Assembly (NCBI RefSeq): GCF_009914755.1
Contig: NC_060931.1
DNA: 64,000 nucleotides
Strand: one strand, 5' to 3'
Origin: the human T2T-CHM13v2.0 reference genome, Homo sapiens
The first letter of the stretch is position 1. Each line of letters starts with the position of its first letter. The notes under the pieces were generated by a model. The model did not search any database. It had not been told where the DNA came from and saw only the letters and a list, made by a program, of their open reading frames with translations. Positions 1-13,467 of the stretch are shown here, piece by piece. Both the position numbers and the translations under genes were made by a program.

Positions 1-399
1 ACCTTTTGATTCAATATTACTTTTTCTATAACAAACTATTGGATTAACTGACCTCACTAGTCTCCAGCAGTGGTTATTCATCTCCTTATATTTTTATTTT
101 ATGCCATTCTTCCCTCCAGAAACATTTTGCCTTCTCTTCTTCATTGACTTGGTTTTCAATCCAAAGTTCATAAACCTCTTATATGACTCTAATCCATAAT
201 TACCTCTTCTTTTTCAAAATTTCTATAGCAAATCTATTGCTATTCTATTTAAGTGACTTGGCATTTAGTCATTTAATAATTTGTATTGCAATCTAAATTT
301 AAGATGTATTTAATTTAGATGTATAAGTTGACTACCTAATTAAATTTAAATTTTCTAAAAGGCAGAAACAACTTGTTATTTTAAAACACAAATGTCCAT

Positions 400-853
400 A
401 TAGTAACCATAGCAGAGATGCTTTTTGTTCCCCAATATCTGTTTTCCTTTTCTTACTTAGTACAGCCCCCTGCCATTTAGCTGGATATATGGCCATTTTG
501 AAGGTAACTATGACCAAGAGACCACTAAATTCTGGCCAGAAACAAATGAAAGAAAATGCTTTATGTGATTTCCGGGAAGTTCCCTTAAAAAGGGGGCAAA
601 GAAGAATACCATTCTTTGCTCCTAATAAAGAGCACAAGTAACAACAATAGACTCTAAGGCAGAGCCCATGCTCAGAGAATGACAGAGTAGTGAGATCTGG
701 GTGCAGACCCCTTATTTGTGTAGTTTCCCTACCTGCCCCAGTCTACGTTAACTCTGATTGACATGAGTAAAAACCAAACTTCCATAGTGTTAAAAATCAC
801 TATTATTTTGGATTTGCTTCAACTGGTAGCTAGTAAGAGTCCTAACTAATACA
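400..853 (+). mobile_element. MaLR LTR relic (MLT1J-like)
   Basis: Resembles remembered MLT1J sequence (gaccactaaattctggcc...; 3' end cctaactaataca); highly diverged. Confidence 0.6.
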
Positions 854-2077
854 CTGGACTTTAATAATTATTAGCATAAAATGTAATAAACACTTCAATT
901 TAAAGTTTATATAATGATCAACAACTATATACATTTATAGTTGAACTATGTGTCCATAAACAAATGTTAAAGTAAAAAAAAAAAAAAAAAATCAGGCATT
1001 TTTAGAGAAAACCAAAAGCAGTACTTCTATAAATACTATAAATGTTGAGGCTCCACTGGTATCCCATTTTCTTCTAGTTGGCTAAAAATAGATCGAACGC
1101 TTCATTTATGACTAAACTTTAAAAAGTATTCTTTGGACTACCTTATCATCTGCTATTTGATGCTTAAAATATTCCTAAATTATTGTTCAAAAAGTGGTAC
1201 ACAATTTAAGAGCTATTGGCTACCTGTATGGAAAAAAAAAGTCATTCCATATACTTTGTAAGAGATTCTTTTGCATTTTATTCCAGCAAAATCCTAGCAG
1301 AAATAGCAACAAGAAGATGTCTCTCAGAGGTCTACTTTACATTAACTTAATACACATTAGGTTCCTTTATTGTAATCTCATAGTTTTGAAATTAACAAAC
1401 GAGGCAGGGCAGAGAAAGAACAAATAATAAGACATTAAGTAAACGTCATACGGAGATGAAGTAGATTTTTAGTTTTCTCCCTTTTTTAATAAATACAACT
1501 AATTGTCTAAAAAAAAGAGTAAGTGCTGGCTACATTGGCATTTCAATGAACCACTGATTCCTAATAACAATCCCAATTACTGCAACAATTGGTACAATTT
1601 CAGGAGATATTAACAGGTGAAATGAACAGTTTGTACCTATGGTTTTTATGATGCATAAGAATTCACAAAGTTGATAGCTATTGAAAGCAGTTTTTAATAG
1701 ATTTAATTTATATAAATAAGTTAAGAGCTTCTAAAGGAAAGAACTTGCAAGATAAACTGATTTTCCAATGAGCACATATTCAAGGAAGACATCATTAAAT
1801 ATGAGTTCCTAATCATATCTATGTCATGAGCTAGCTGTATGACTAGGGCTAGTCATTCTACTTATCTTGCAAAACAAAGACTGTGGATGTAGCAAATGCT
1901 ACAGCAGGCTATAAGCAGATAAAACTAGTGCTTGCTTTAGAAATCATTTTGTTCAATCATCCCAAGTTACTGATGAAGAAACAGGTACAGAAATATAATA
2001 TGACTTAAAAGTACAAAGTGACGGTGATGACAGCTTTTATAAGAACCTAGAACTCCTCATAGTCTACCTGCCTTCCA

Positions 2078-2160
2078 AGAAGGAGAGGAGAAAGAGGAAG
2101 AAGAAAGAGGGTGGAGAAAGAGGAAAAAAAGAAAAAAGAAGAAGTGAGAAGAAAAAGGAC
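2078..2160 (+). repeat. GA-rich polypurine low-complexity tract
   Basis: About 80 nt that are almost entirely A/G. Confidence 0.85.
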
Positions 2161-2600
2161 AGACACCAATGATTTTCTTAGCTTATTTCCATATACATCA
2201 ATGAAATTATAAAGCAGTTTCATGTTCAGTCCAAGGACAGACATTAAGAGTTTAAATCTCCATTAATTACGGAACTACTGTTTTGAGTCAGCACTGCATA
2301 GGTACCTTTATATTACGCTAGCTCTAGAGATCTCACTGGAAGTCAGTGTTTCTATGTATTTTAAATAATCTGATAAATGAAAATCATGAGAGTACTCTAA
2401 CTTTCCCCTACATCTGGGCAATATGCTCCAAACAGATTTAATGCTTCTTATTCTCTTAACAATTCTACCATCTAAGCATTGTTATCCTCCTTGTTTCACA
2501 GCTGAGGTCAATGAGGACTTTCCAAAGGTCATCATCATACAAAGTATACTGGTGGAGGTGGGGTTTATATTCTGGCTATCTGATTCAAGAATATAATTAC

Positions 2601-3190
<590 letters not shown>

Positions 3191-3259
3191 ATATTATCTT
3201 TCAATTTTTAATTTTTTTATTTTTAATTATTATGGGTACATAATACTGATGGGGTTAAA

Positions 3260-3392
3260 AATATATATGTGTGTATATATATATACGTATATATATGCGT
3301 ATATATGTATAGATGTGTGTATATATATACATATATGTACACCTATATATATATACACACCTATATACATATATATAGGTGTGTATATATAT
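3260..3392. repeat. Compound (TA)n/(TG)n/(CA)n microsatellite
   Basis: Directly visible. Confidence 0.9.
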
Positions 3393-3708
3393 AAAAATAA
3401 ATTGCTCACCTGCCTCTTTGTATGTGACTCTGCTTTAAGTAGCATATTAATAATCAACAAGGATATTTTTTAGCTTCTATTGTGAATCAGAAGGTTCTAG
3501 TTCCTGCAAAATATTTTATTTTCAATAGCTCTGTGGCAAGTATTCACTTACAAAAATAAAAATAGGTAGCTTACAGAAGTTAAAAATGAAAATTATAAAA
3601 TTCTATATATCTGGACGAATAGGCTTTGCTTGATCTTTACAATACTGTGAAGTAATGGGGAAGCTGACTTTCCCATATTACAAATATAGAAACTGAAAGC
3701 CTGAAAGA

Positions 3709-3900
3709 CAAGGTTGATGAATTTAGCAAAAAGAAATACAAGACAATCAGTTAACTTTGAATTTCAATAAAAAATAAATACCTTCTTAGCAAAAGTGTAT
3801 CACAAATATTGCATGAAGCATACTTACACTAACAAGTTATTCATTGCTTATTTGAAATTGACATTTAATTGGACATCTTTTATCGTATCTGGCAGCCCTA
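3709..3900. mobile_element. MER53-like palindromic hAT MITE nested in a MIR fragment
   Basis: atttagcaaa...cagttaactttgaatttca...catacttacact...tgaaattgacatttaattgg...tctggcagcccta follows the remembered MER53 consensus; MIR-like sequence on both sides. Confidence 0.8.
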
Positions 3901-4144
3901 CAGAAAAGTGACCTAAGGCCATCAGCTACAATCCGTCTCCTGACCAGTTTCACTACGTGGTGTTATTGCCTGACTTTATGGCTCAGTCATGTTTAGATTC
4001 CTTCCAGAGTTCTATTTCAGTTTCCTTGTCAACTCACTGTAAGCTTCAATTATGTTCTTTAATGTCTGAGATAAAGAGAAAGCTGCATTTAGGCAAAATT
4101 ATTCTAGTTGACATGCACTATTGTAGAAATGCCTACTGTTTCCT

Positions 4145-4325
4145 ATTTTCAAAGTACTTTTCATCATATTATCTCATTGATCACAATAACCCCCAGGGGA
4201 TAAAATGAGGAGTTATTAATGTTCCACTTTTTCAAATTTAATGATTAGGTCTCAGAAAGTTTAGGAGACCTACCTAGGTTCTCACAGCTAGCAGGGAGAG
4301 CCTAGCCTGAGGGTCAAGTCTTCCA
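4145..4325 (-). mobile_element. MIR SINE fragment
   Basis: atctcattgatcacaataacc...ctcagaaagtttagg...ctcacagctag resembles the MIR core. Confidence 0.55.
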
Positions 4326-4874
4326 TGTAAAAGTTCAATTAAGTAGAAGTAACATATGTGCTGTTGCCATTTATTGTTAAGATAATTAAAATACTGAAAG
4401 ACTATTTTTGACCTCTGGTTTAACATACAGTAAACAGGGGTGAGTCCTTCTATATTATTTTGCTTCTATCAAAATGATATGATCAGAGAAGTATATATAG
4501 TCTCCCCAAAAATTTTTTAATCATGTCATTTCAACAAAGCTGTGTTTTTGTGTTAAAAACACAGTCTTACAAAAACAGAAACACAATCGCCCACTTTTAA
4601 AGTTATGACATTGTCTCAATGTCTTTACTAAATACTTGGTTATATTATATCATTACTGTCATAAAGAGCAACTCAGTAACAGATTCACTAAACTAAAATC
4701 CATTCAAGTGTATTCCCTAGCAGTCAAGTGGGCTATTTTAATGACCTTCCTGTAACAGGTAAATGAATTCAGCCTGTTATTTGGTGAGTCATTTTGCTTG
4801 CCAAACTCTTACTTAAAACCTAGGTATTGTGAGTGGGCACATGGTTGCTTCCACAGCTAATGTTTTGGAAAGAC

Positions 4875-5960
4875 TAGTGCAGGACTTTTCTTGGTCACTT
4901 TGCCAGCCAGAGACCTCTGGCCAGTGACACCCCTGCCCAGGCCTTGCTTGGGTCCGGGTTCACCGCAGGAGACACCCCATCTACTGTGCCTGCTGGTCAG
5001 CACCCGGCCTGCACTCCAGCGTGGTTCCCACAGCCACTGTGACTGTGCACCCAGCCTCTGGTGGGAGGGGGTGTGTGAGCAAGTGAGTGCAGGCTCCGGT
5101 CCGCCATTCCAAGTGCTGGCACAGAAGCGGGCTCTATGTGGGGCTTGTGGTTAGACCAGGCATGTCATAAGTGACTCTCATGGTGGACTCTGGCACCTCA
5201 AATGCGGAAACGTGGTGGCACCCAGGCAGGGGTGCCCCTGACCCTGAAGCATGTGTTACAGCATGCTAATTAGTTCTTTAAGTCCCGCCATCTGCAGCCT
5301 AATGGATGGTGGCAGGTTAACAACTCTGTCAGTCCCTTGCTCCACTCTGGCCCACGGCTCTGGGGCTGGCTCAGCCCTGCCACTGCTTCCTGATGTATGG
5401 GGCAGCTGTCCTCCACCAGCGGAGGGCAGAGGACCATAGTGTTACAACTTTCTTTGTACCCACATTTCATGGGTTCTTGTCACACTTCCAAGAAGAATGA
5501 GGTTACGCAGACAACTGAAGGGTGGGGAGAGCAGAGAAGAATCTTATTGAGCAATGAGAAAGCTCTTAGAGCAGAAGGAATGTATGGGTCATCCCTCTAC
5601 CTGATGTCAGGTGGTCTCTTACTCAGTGTGGTTGAGTCTGGGGCTTTTATGGACTCAGAACGGGGAGTTCATGTTGATTGGTTTGTAAGTATGCAAAAAG
5701 GCTAAAACAAAGGCACTTCTCAAAGGTGGGCATGACAGTGTAAAAAACCAATTAGGAAAGGGTACGTATATGTAAAATAGATGAAGGGTGGGGATCAATC
5801 AGAGGAAAGCACATCAAACAAGAAGGGAGGTTCTCAATCTGGTCTGAGGATTTACCCAGGACTTATAGATAGGCTTTAAACCGTCTTCTGCTTGAAAGTA
5901 ATGTTTCACTGGAAACCCGTCCCATCTTCATAGATTTTTGTCTGTCTCCTGCCTCTATCA
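4875..5960 (-). mobile_element. ERV1 solo LTR (MER52/LTR27 group), about 1.09 kb, same orientation as CACNA2D1
   Basis: GC-rich island; minus strand begins TGATAGAGGCAGGAG; 4-bp target-site duplication (TSD) AGAC at 4871-4874 and 5961-5964. Confidence 0.85.
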
Positions 5961-7980
5961 AGACCACATGAATTCTGCTAAATATCTAAATATGTTTTCC
6001 AAAATGAAGTGAACAAATGTCAACACATTTGAAAATATATGATTAGCATCAAAAAATTAAAGCCATCATCCCTCAATTAGCATTTGAAGTTAAAGAATTA
6101 CAGAATATGTTTTATTAGTAATTTTTAAAGTTAACTGCTATTTGTTAAAAGAGCCATTTTTGAAAAGGGTTCATAATACAACTTATCTTTCCATCCATCT
6201 CTTGATCCCCATGTTTTCTCTCCCATTTTGCATGCATTCTTTCCTTCCTCTCCTCTTCTTGTTTTTCTCTTGTAACCCTTTTCTCTCTTCCTCTATATCA
6301 TCATTTTCTCTCCGATACTGGGCTCTTGACTGCTCATTATCATCCTAATTTTCTTTTAATTATCATTTCCCTCTTTCCCTTACTTATATATGGAATATTG
6401 TTATGATAAAGGATATATGAAAAGACTTGAAAGCTACATAATGCTGTAAGTTACTGACAAATATATTCTTATATTTGTATATTATAGGATAGGACATCAG
6501 ATATCTATTTCCTATATTTTAAATTATATCAGGTCTTCTAATTTATAATTGTTTTATAAGACCTGATACAATTTTAAGGTTTATTACATCAGGTTTATTA
6601 TGCGCATGAGCAGTGTTGTCTTTTTCCTTTATGTTGTCTTATATAAGTATTATATAATATAATACTCAAATTTTAAGTCTTCTGATAATAGTATTTAACA
6701 TGTTAATAAACTAACAAGATTATGTTTAGAAAGGTTCTACTAAAGTGAACAATATTCCATAAAGGGAAAATTCCACTATTATAATGATAAACTATGTAAT
6801 ATATTCCCATCAGATAATAATACAAATATTTAATTATAACTCATTTTTTCAATATTTAAATCAAACTTGGCTTTTCCTAGTGTGTTGGACTTATGCGGAA
6901 AAAAATTATTACTGATTTTACCATCTGGCATCTGCAACCCTGCAGAAGTTATATGGTTTTTACCTAATTTGAGTACCATTCAGTCCATTGATACCCAGAT
7001 ACTTTCATTCATTGCTATAATATTACAATCCAAACTTATATATTTTCTAATTTTTATTTCACCCTTATTTACTGCTGTGACTTTTTATATGAATAACTCA
7101 ATTTGTTAAACATGTTTAGGACACCCAAGTCTCAAGAAGAATTATGCTGTTTAAGGTCATACTGTAGCAATTTAAAGCCAAATTACCTAGCACGTATCCC
7201 ATAACTCAGATCATGTTTGAGAAAGAAAACGCATTTTATGTTTTTCAGCTTGCTCTAAAAAGTGGAGAAAGTAAAAAACACCAGTAGACATTTCACTTAA
7301 AGTGTTTTCAATAGGTTTTCAGGATGTCCTAGGAATTAATTTTTCATTTTGTTATAGAAATTACTATTTCTCCTTACTCTTTTTATAATACATATTTATA
7401 AAAAGATGTTTTCACTTTAACATAAAATATATTCATCTTCATTGAGTATGTATGATCACTGAGATGCACTCAGAAGTGATATAACCTGACACATAAGAAA
7501 AACTCTATTTTCTTTGTGATTTCATTTTATTTCTTGTCCTACTCATTTTAACAGATCCACGTCTACTGATTAAACACATTAAACTTTTGTTACAAATTTC
7601 AATCAATTTATAAAAATTCAATTCAATTCTCTAATGTGACTCACAGCTTGGTGCATGCTGAGCAGTTGGGCCTTTATCTCAGAGCTGTTTTAAGATTGAT
7701 GGTAATTTCCTGTTCCAGGTATATACCTAAGGATACCTGCTCATGGTCTCACAGCAGCATGGCCTGATTCCAGGTACCAATAGCTCCACAACTGCTCCTT
7801 AGGTATTTCAGTTTAAAGTGACTGTGGTCAATCCAAAGCCATGTAAAGAGGAATGTTCTTTCCTTATAAAAGTAGTGTGATATAGTCATATTTTTCTTAC
7901 AGTATCAGGGAAGATAACAGAGTATTCTCCAGAAACATTGAGGCTGGAACTTGACAATGATTGAATCACTAAGCACCTAC

Positions 7981-8112
7981 CTGGATAATATCGAGCTAGG
8001 CCAGTGGCACTGCCAAAAACCTGCCACAATAATGAAGGGTCTTCCTCGCGATTCTTTTTGAAAACTTCATCTAAGGCACTTGTCCAGTTGAGTTCATTTA
8101 ACACAATTGTTG
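7981..8112 (-). CDS. CACNA2D1: CACNA2D1 coding exon (about exon 7), 132 nt, phase 1-1, (S)[43 protein letters not shown]; includes sequon NWT (N184)
   Basis: Minus strand: tctctctttttttgttag|CA ACA ATT ... TAT CCA G|gtaggt; lies within track ORF 7886..8119; T|CA completes a Ser codon with the previous exon. Confidence 0.98.
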
Positions 8113-8376
8113 CTAACAAAAAAGAGAGAAACCATTAATTAATTCAAATTTGTAATTAAAAACTGAATGTCTTCATTTATTTACAAAATAATATTAAATA
8201 TGTTCATTGTTCTACCTATAAAATAACTCTAATCCAGTAGTTATCAACAAGTTTTCGACACTTTAGAGGACAGTTTGACTGGATCTACTACCAACATGTA
8301 CATAGTATTCATCGAAAGATGTTTTTCAAGAGGTTTATACTCTGGAGAGAATTTCTGAAAACAAAACTTTGTATGA

Positions 8377-8572
8377 CAGTGTCCCTACTGACATTTTGGC
8401 CTCGGTTATTCTTTGTTGTGAGGTCTAATCCTGTGAAAATGTTTAGCAGCATCTCTGGCCTCTATCCACTAGATACTAGTACCTCCCCACCCCCAAGTTG
8501 TGACATGCGAAAATGTCTCCAGACTGTCAGATGGCCCCTGCGGGCAAAATCACTCCTGCTTGAGAACTACTG
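8377..8572 (-). mobile_element. MER20 (hAT-Charlie) DNA transposon
   Basis: tgacattttggcc...tttagcagcatctctggcctctatccactagat...aaaatgtctccagac...ttgagaactactg matches the reverse of MER20. Confidence 0.9.
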
Positions 8573-11500
8573 TGACACATAGAATATGAGGAGAAATGAG
8601 TGGTATTCCTTTTTATCCTCAGAGGTAGTTCTGAGGAAACCTATGGGGCACCTTAGGACAGAGTTTTAAGACCACAGTAATCAACTATTGATGACTCTCT
8701 GCGGCAGAGCAACATAAATTAGCCTGCTACCTTAAAAAAAAAAAAAAGAAAAAAAGTCATTGGGCATAGCTAATTAACTATGTTTATACAACAAAAATGT
8801 ACATATTTTAGTAATGGGAAAATTTACTCAGAGGCTTGACAATATCCGTGTTAGAAACAAACTAGTTGACACTTTATCACTACCTTCATAAACAATAGTT
8901 TTTTTTTTTTCTCCTGGTTATTTCTATTAATAATTACAGCATGGTGCCGATAAGGGCCAGGTGATTGATTTTGATACGTATTTATAACTAGAAACTAATC
9001 TTGGATAGGTATTACAAACATATACCACTCATTACAATGAAAGAGAAGCAATTATAATGTAGGATATAATATGGGTTAAGTGTAAGATATAATATGGGTT
9101 AAAATAGTGCATAATTTATAACTGACCCTTCATGATCATAACTTCTCAAGTCTAGCATACTAAAAATTTAATTGGCCTAATATAATTTTCCCTTTACACA
9201 AAAAAAGGCATAATTTTCTATGTAAAATATACACCATGTCCCCAGAGATTAGCAGACAGGGCCACTTTGCATTTGACAATCTCTGACCAAGCCTGAACAG
9301 TGGAAATGTGCTTAGGATAAAGACTGGAGATACAGCTTAACGTCTTTCTATTTTTTTCTGTGATGACAGCAAATAAAAGAAATGAATGCCATCATGGTTA
9401 AATCATGCACAAGCCTTTTTAAAGGTAAAATTAAAAACAGCGCCTGTGAAACAAGATGCACGGCCTATGTGTTTATATTTTAAAGTTGTATCATTTACCA
9501 AAAAAGAAATCAACAAAAACAAGGTGATTGTGAAACTCTTCTGGGACCAGCATGCTAAAGCAGTCCTCATTATTGAAAACTAACAAGATTTTCATCTTTA
9601 TGGATGCGATTACTTTCAAAAAGATCAGTTGTGTGTGTGTGAATATTCATGAGCTGCATCAGATCCATCGTGCATCTGAGATACTAGAGAATTCATATTC
9701 AAAAGCATGATCCAATGAACACTAAGCAGCCAGTTATATGAGAATTTATATTCACACAGATAACCTGAACTGATACCCACTATTCATGAATATTTATATC
9801 AATATACAAAATAGCATAGAAAGAGGAACATTGTGTTTTCTCTTAAACATTTATGACTTTTATAGTAACATTCTACTAAACAAATGTTTATTTATGATCC
9901 AGATAGACTTCATTAATCCCCAATCTATTCTATCTCTTTAATTTCCTTGATTCTTTCATTCATATTAGGCAATAACATCTAGTTATTTTTAATAAAGTTT
10001 TATTTGTTTTTAAGGCTGCTAACTTTTTCTTAGTTTTGTTTGATAACTCAACAGCTACTAAGTATTGGGTACTGACACACTGATTGTGAATTATACTTTT
10101 ATAAACTGAGGGAAAAAGTCAAGCTCTACAATATTCCTATTATCCTGGCAATATGTTTTAAGATTTCCAGTTGATGCTTTGAAAATTTTCTTTTTCAGAC
10201 AAGCCATTACTAAGGTAGATTTCAAAATATTTCTCTCAAAATGTGTTCATCTACAAATGAGCAAATCATATAAAGAATTCCCAGACTAGGCACTAGAACT
10301 GATTTTAAATTTGACTCAGAATGAAAGTATTGGCATTGCACACCTATCACATCAGTACGGTTTATAAATTTGATATACCCAATGTGTAGTAAGATGTAAG
10401 AATACAGACACTTCCATGTGTTAGTATATAGTTGCAGGGACTTTTAAATGCAACCATTATCCTATTAGTCACAGTCTTTTTATGGATGTCTAGAAATCAA
10501 AATTCAAAGACGATCTGCCATAGGAATGCAAAATTACTACAGCCTTTGTAGAGAGCAGTTTGACTGGATCTACCTAACAACATGCACATCGTGTTCACTG
10601 AACAATGTTCTTCAAGAGATTTATACTACGGAGAGAATATGTGTCTCCAGTTCTTCCTCAGAGTATTATAGAGCAAGAATCATTCATTCAATTCCTTAAA
10701 ATACCAAAACTAGAAAGTAGGATAAAACTGCTTCACTAGGAAAGTTTTTTCTCAAATAATATTGAAAGCAGCTAAAAAAAAAAAAAATGGAAAAGAAAAT
10801 ATATAAAGCATCAAAGCCAACAAGGAAGAATGAATACTATTTTAGACCTTGGGTTATCTGCCTATATTTTTCTGATCCACATTATGCATTATATTTGACT
10901 AATAAACCTATATTACTCTGGTACCTTGAAAAGACCAGACTTTTTTTCTTCTTAACCTTATAAAATTAAATAGCTCATCCAAGATTACTAAAGTGCCCAA
11001 CATTTCTCCATTTTTATGCTATTAGCACACTCAGGATAAATAATGCTGAAATAAAAGGGTAATCTGTAGATGATAGATAATATAACACTAAATGCACAAT
11101 ACCGGCCATGCTAAAACAAGTTTATGTCATTTCCTGGATACGAATTGTGCTCTGCCATTTCCATTGTATTTATACACACATTATCTCTCTCTCTCTTCCC
11201 TTGTCTCTATCTCTCCCCAGGATGCCCCTTAGCCCCTATCTCTGTTTCTGTCTGTCTCTCTAAATATGTGGGTAGAGTTTATTTAGGAAGTTTTTTTTGT
11301 TTTGTTTTGTTTTTTTGTTTTTAACTATTCTGGTTACAACCGGGTAAGTCAAGTGCTTTTTAAAGTTAAAAGTTGTTTTTCAGGAGATCTTTTGTTTTAT
11401 ATTATAAAGAGTTTATGTGGTTATGCTGGTGCCTTTCTCTATTCTTAGACAGTATTTTTAGTCTCTCCTGTTTTCCTGACACTGTAGTTCTTAAAAAATA

Positions 11501-12007
11501 AAAGGTACAAAACGTCATTTTTTCATAACAGGAAAAATAAAACAAGGCCAAATTCCTTGGAAAATTATTTTCAGCAAATATTACTCTAGATTATGAAACT
11601 GTATTTTTCATTCATATAAAACCTAATCTCAAAAAATAATTGTGGAACTCTGATTTACTGAAGTTCAATAAATATCAACAAAATTCAACAAAAAGTTTCA
11701 TTTGTCATTGTATATCACAAAGACTTTAAAATGCAATTATTATTTTATGTCATAATCTTTATTTGAATGTCAAAGATTTTATTTAATTGTGGAAATATCA
11801 ATGTAAATTAGTAGCCAAATAATGTTTAATATAAAAATTCCAGAATAAATTTTCTTTACGAAAAAACTTAAAATATTTTTGACCGTAAAAATCCTTTGAT
11901 TTGGCAAGATATATTTAATAATATGTATAACAGGTGAATGGTATTCTATAAATTGGTATTATTTAAAATTATATTGTATTTTATATTCTCAATTATATAT
12001 TCTATGA

Positions 12008-12315
12008 TCTTTTTGGCACAGGGACTGGTTTTGTTAAAGACAATTTTTCCACAAATGGAGGTGGGACATGGTTTCAGGATGACTCTGTTCCACCTCAGAT
12101 CATCAGGCATTACTAGATATCTCATAAGGAGCATGGAACCTAGATCACGCACATGTGCCGTTCACAACAGGGTTCATGCTCCTATGAGAATCTAATGCTG
12201 CTGCTCACCTGACAGAAGGCAGAGCTCAGGAAGTAATGCTCTCCTGCTGCGTGGCCCGGTTCCTAACAGGTCAGGGACCCAGACCGGTCCATGGCCCAGG
12301 GGCTGGGGACCTTTG
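12008..12315 (+). mobile_element. MER1B-like hAT-Charlie element
   Basis: aagacaatttttccac...cacctcagatcatcaggcatta...ctcctatgagaatctaatgc...ggttcctaacagg...ggggacc. Confidence 0.88.
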
Positions 12316-13186
12316 TTCTATATGATATTATTTATTATATATTGACAGTTGCCCTCTTTTTCCTCCCTACCCCTGACAAATAGTAATGTTTTACATTCAC
12401 ATATACTTCCAGTTTCTTGCTTCAGATGAGATTAGAAGTACATGAGTGTTCAATATTTTTTCACTATAGAAGACTGCTCAGTGACAATCTAGCCTTGAAC
12501 CTACTACCAGTTGCTGACAAATTTAGCTAATTGTCTTAGATTAGGAGTAAAATTAGTTCTCATTTTCTGTCAACTTTTAAGAAATGAAGATCTTTATCCC
12601 TGTTAGAAAATTCGATTTTGTAAAAATTAAGTCTTTTATAGATGTCCAAGGCCAAGCCTACTAAAAGCAGTGAATGCTTGGAAATCAAACCTTGACTTTG
12701 AGGCCTTTATTCTGAACGGCATAATAGGATTTCACTGATAATCGATTCAGAAAGCCAAGCATACATCTCTATTCTTTGTTTACTTAGTTTTAAAAAACTG
12801 GCCTTGGTGTCAGCAATTCTCCCTTTTAGAGTATTCTATTGTTCAGTCTGGATTCTCAAGAGAAGAAAGAAAAATCTAATTTGTAACAGCACAAAAGAAA
12901 CCCCTTATATTTGCTGCTAATTCTTCTAAAAGACACGACTCTTCTATCTATATCTTGTTTATGACAAGGAATACAGAATATTTGACGAGCTCTGAATCCA
13001 GTGTTCTTCTGCAAACTTCAACCAATAAAATGTTGCACTATTGCTCCCTCTTAAGTTTGAATTAAGTTTGTATTAAGTTTGAATACATTTTCTTGATTTA
13101 TTCAGGGTCCAAGGCCTCACCATACATTGATGGCACCATATGACTATTTGAAGAATCTTACTGTTATTTATAATGTCAACTACAGC

Positions 13187-13467
13187 TTTTGTAACAGCTT
13201 TGAGATGTCATTGACATATAAAATAGTATAAAGTATGAAATGTGATGTTTTGATACACCTGTATGTTGTAAAGTAATCATCAAAATCAAGTTAATTAACT
13301 TATCCATCACCTTTACATAACTACCATTAGGGTGGAAGTTGGGGGAATTAATTTAAGATCTATCCCTCCTAGAAAATTACAATACAATATTGTTAACTAT
13401 CCTCGCCATGCTGTATATTAGATCTCCAGAAGTTACTCATCTTTTAAAACTGAATCTTTGTACCCTT
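13187..13467 (-). mobile_element. L1MA-type 3' end fragment
   Basis: tgttaactatcctcgccatgctgtatattagatctccagaa and atcaagttaattaac...atccatcacc resemble L1MA9. Confidence 0.8.

Noticed and set aside
1082-1091. Perfect MEF2 site CTAAAAATAG
   Set aside because: A single AT-rich 10-mer can occur by chance in this composition; no supporting cluster seen
4891-5705. Cluster of 60-100 aa ORFs
   Set aside because: All lie inside the GC-rich LTR, with no gag/pol/env similarity seen
7886-8119. 77-aa ORF as a stand-alone gene
   Set aside because: It is an internal CACNA2D1 exon plus intronic flanks; the start is a TTG in the acceptor tract
9058-9103. Short tandem duplications (also about 13051, 32191, 44147, 45658, 62979)
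   Set aside because: Ordinary 2-3 copy slippage products with no spacers; not CRISPR-like
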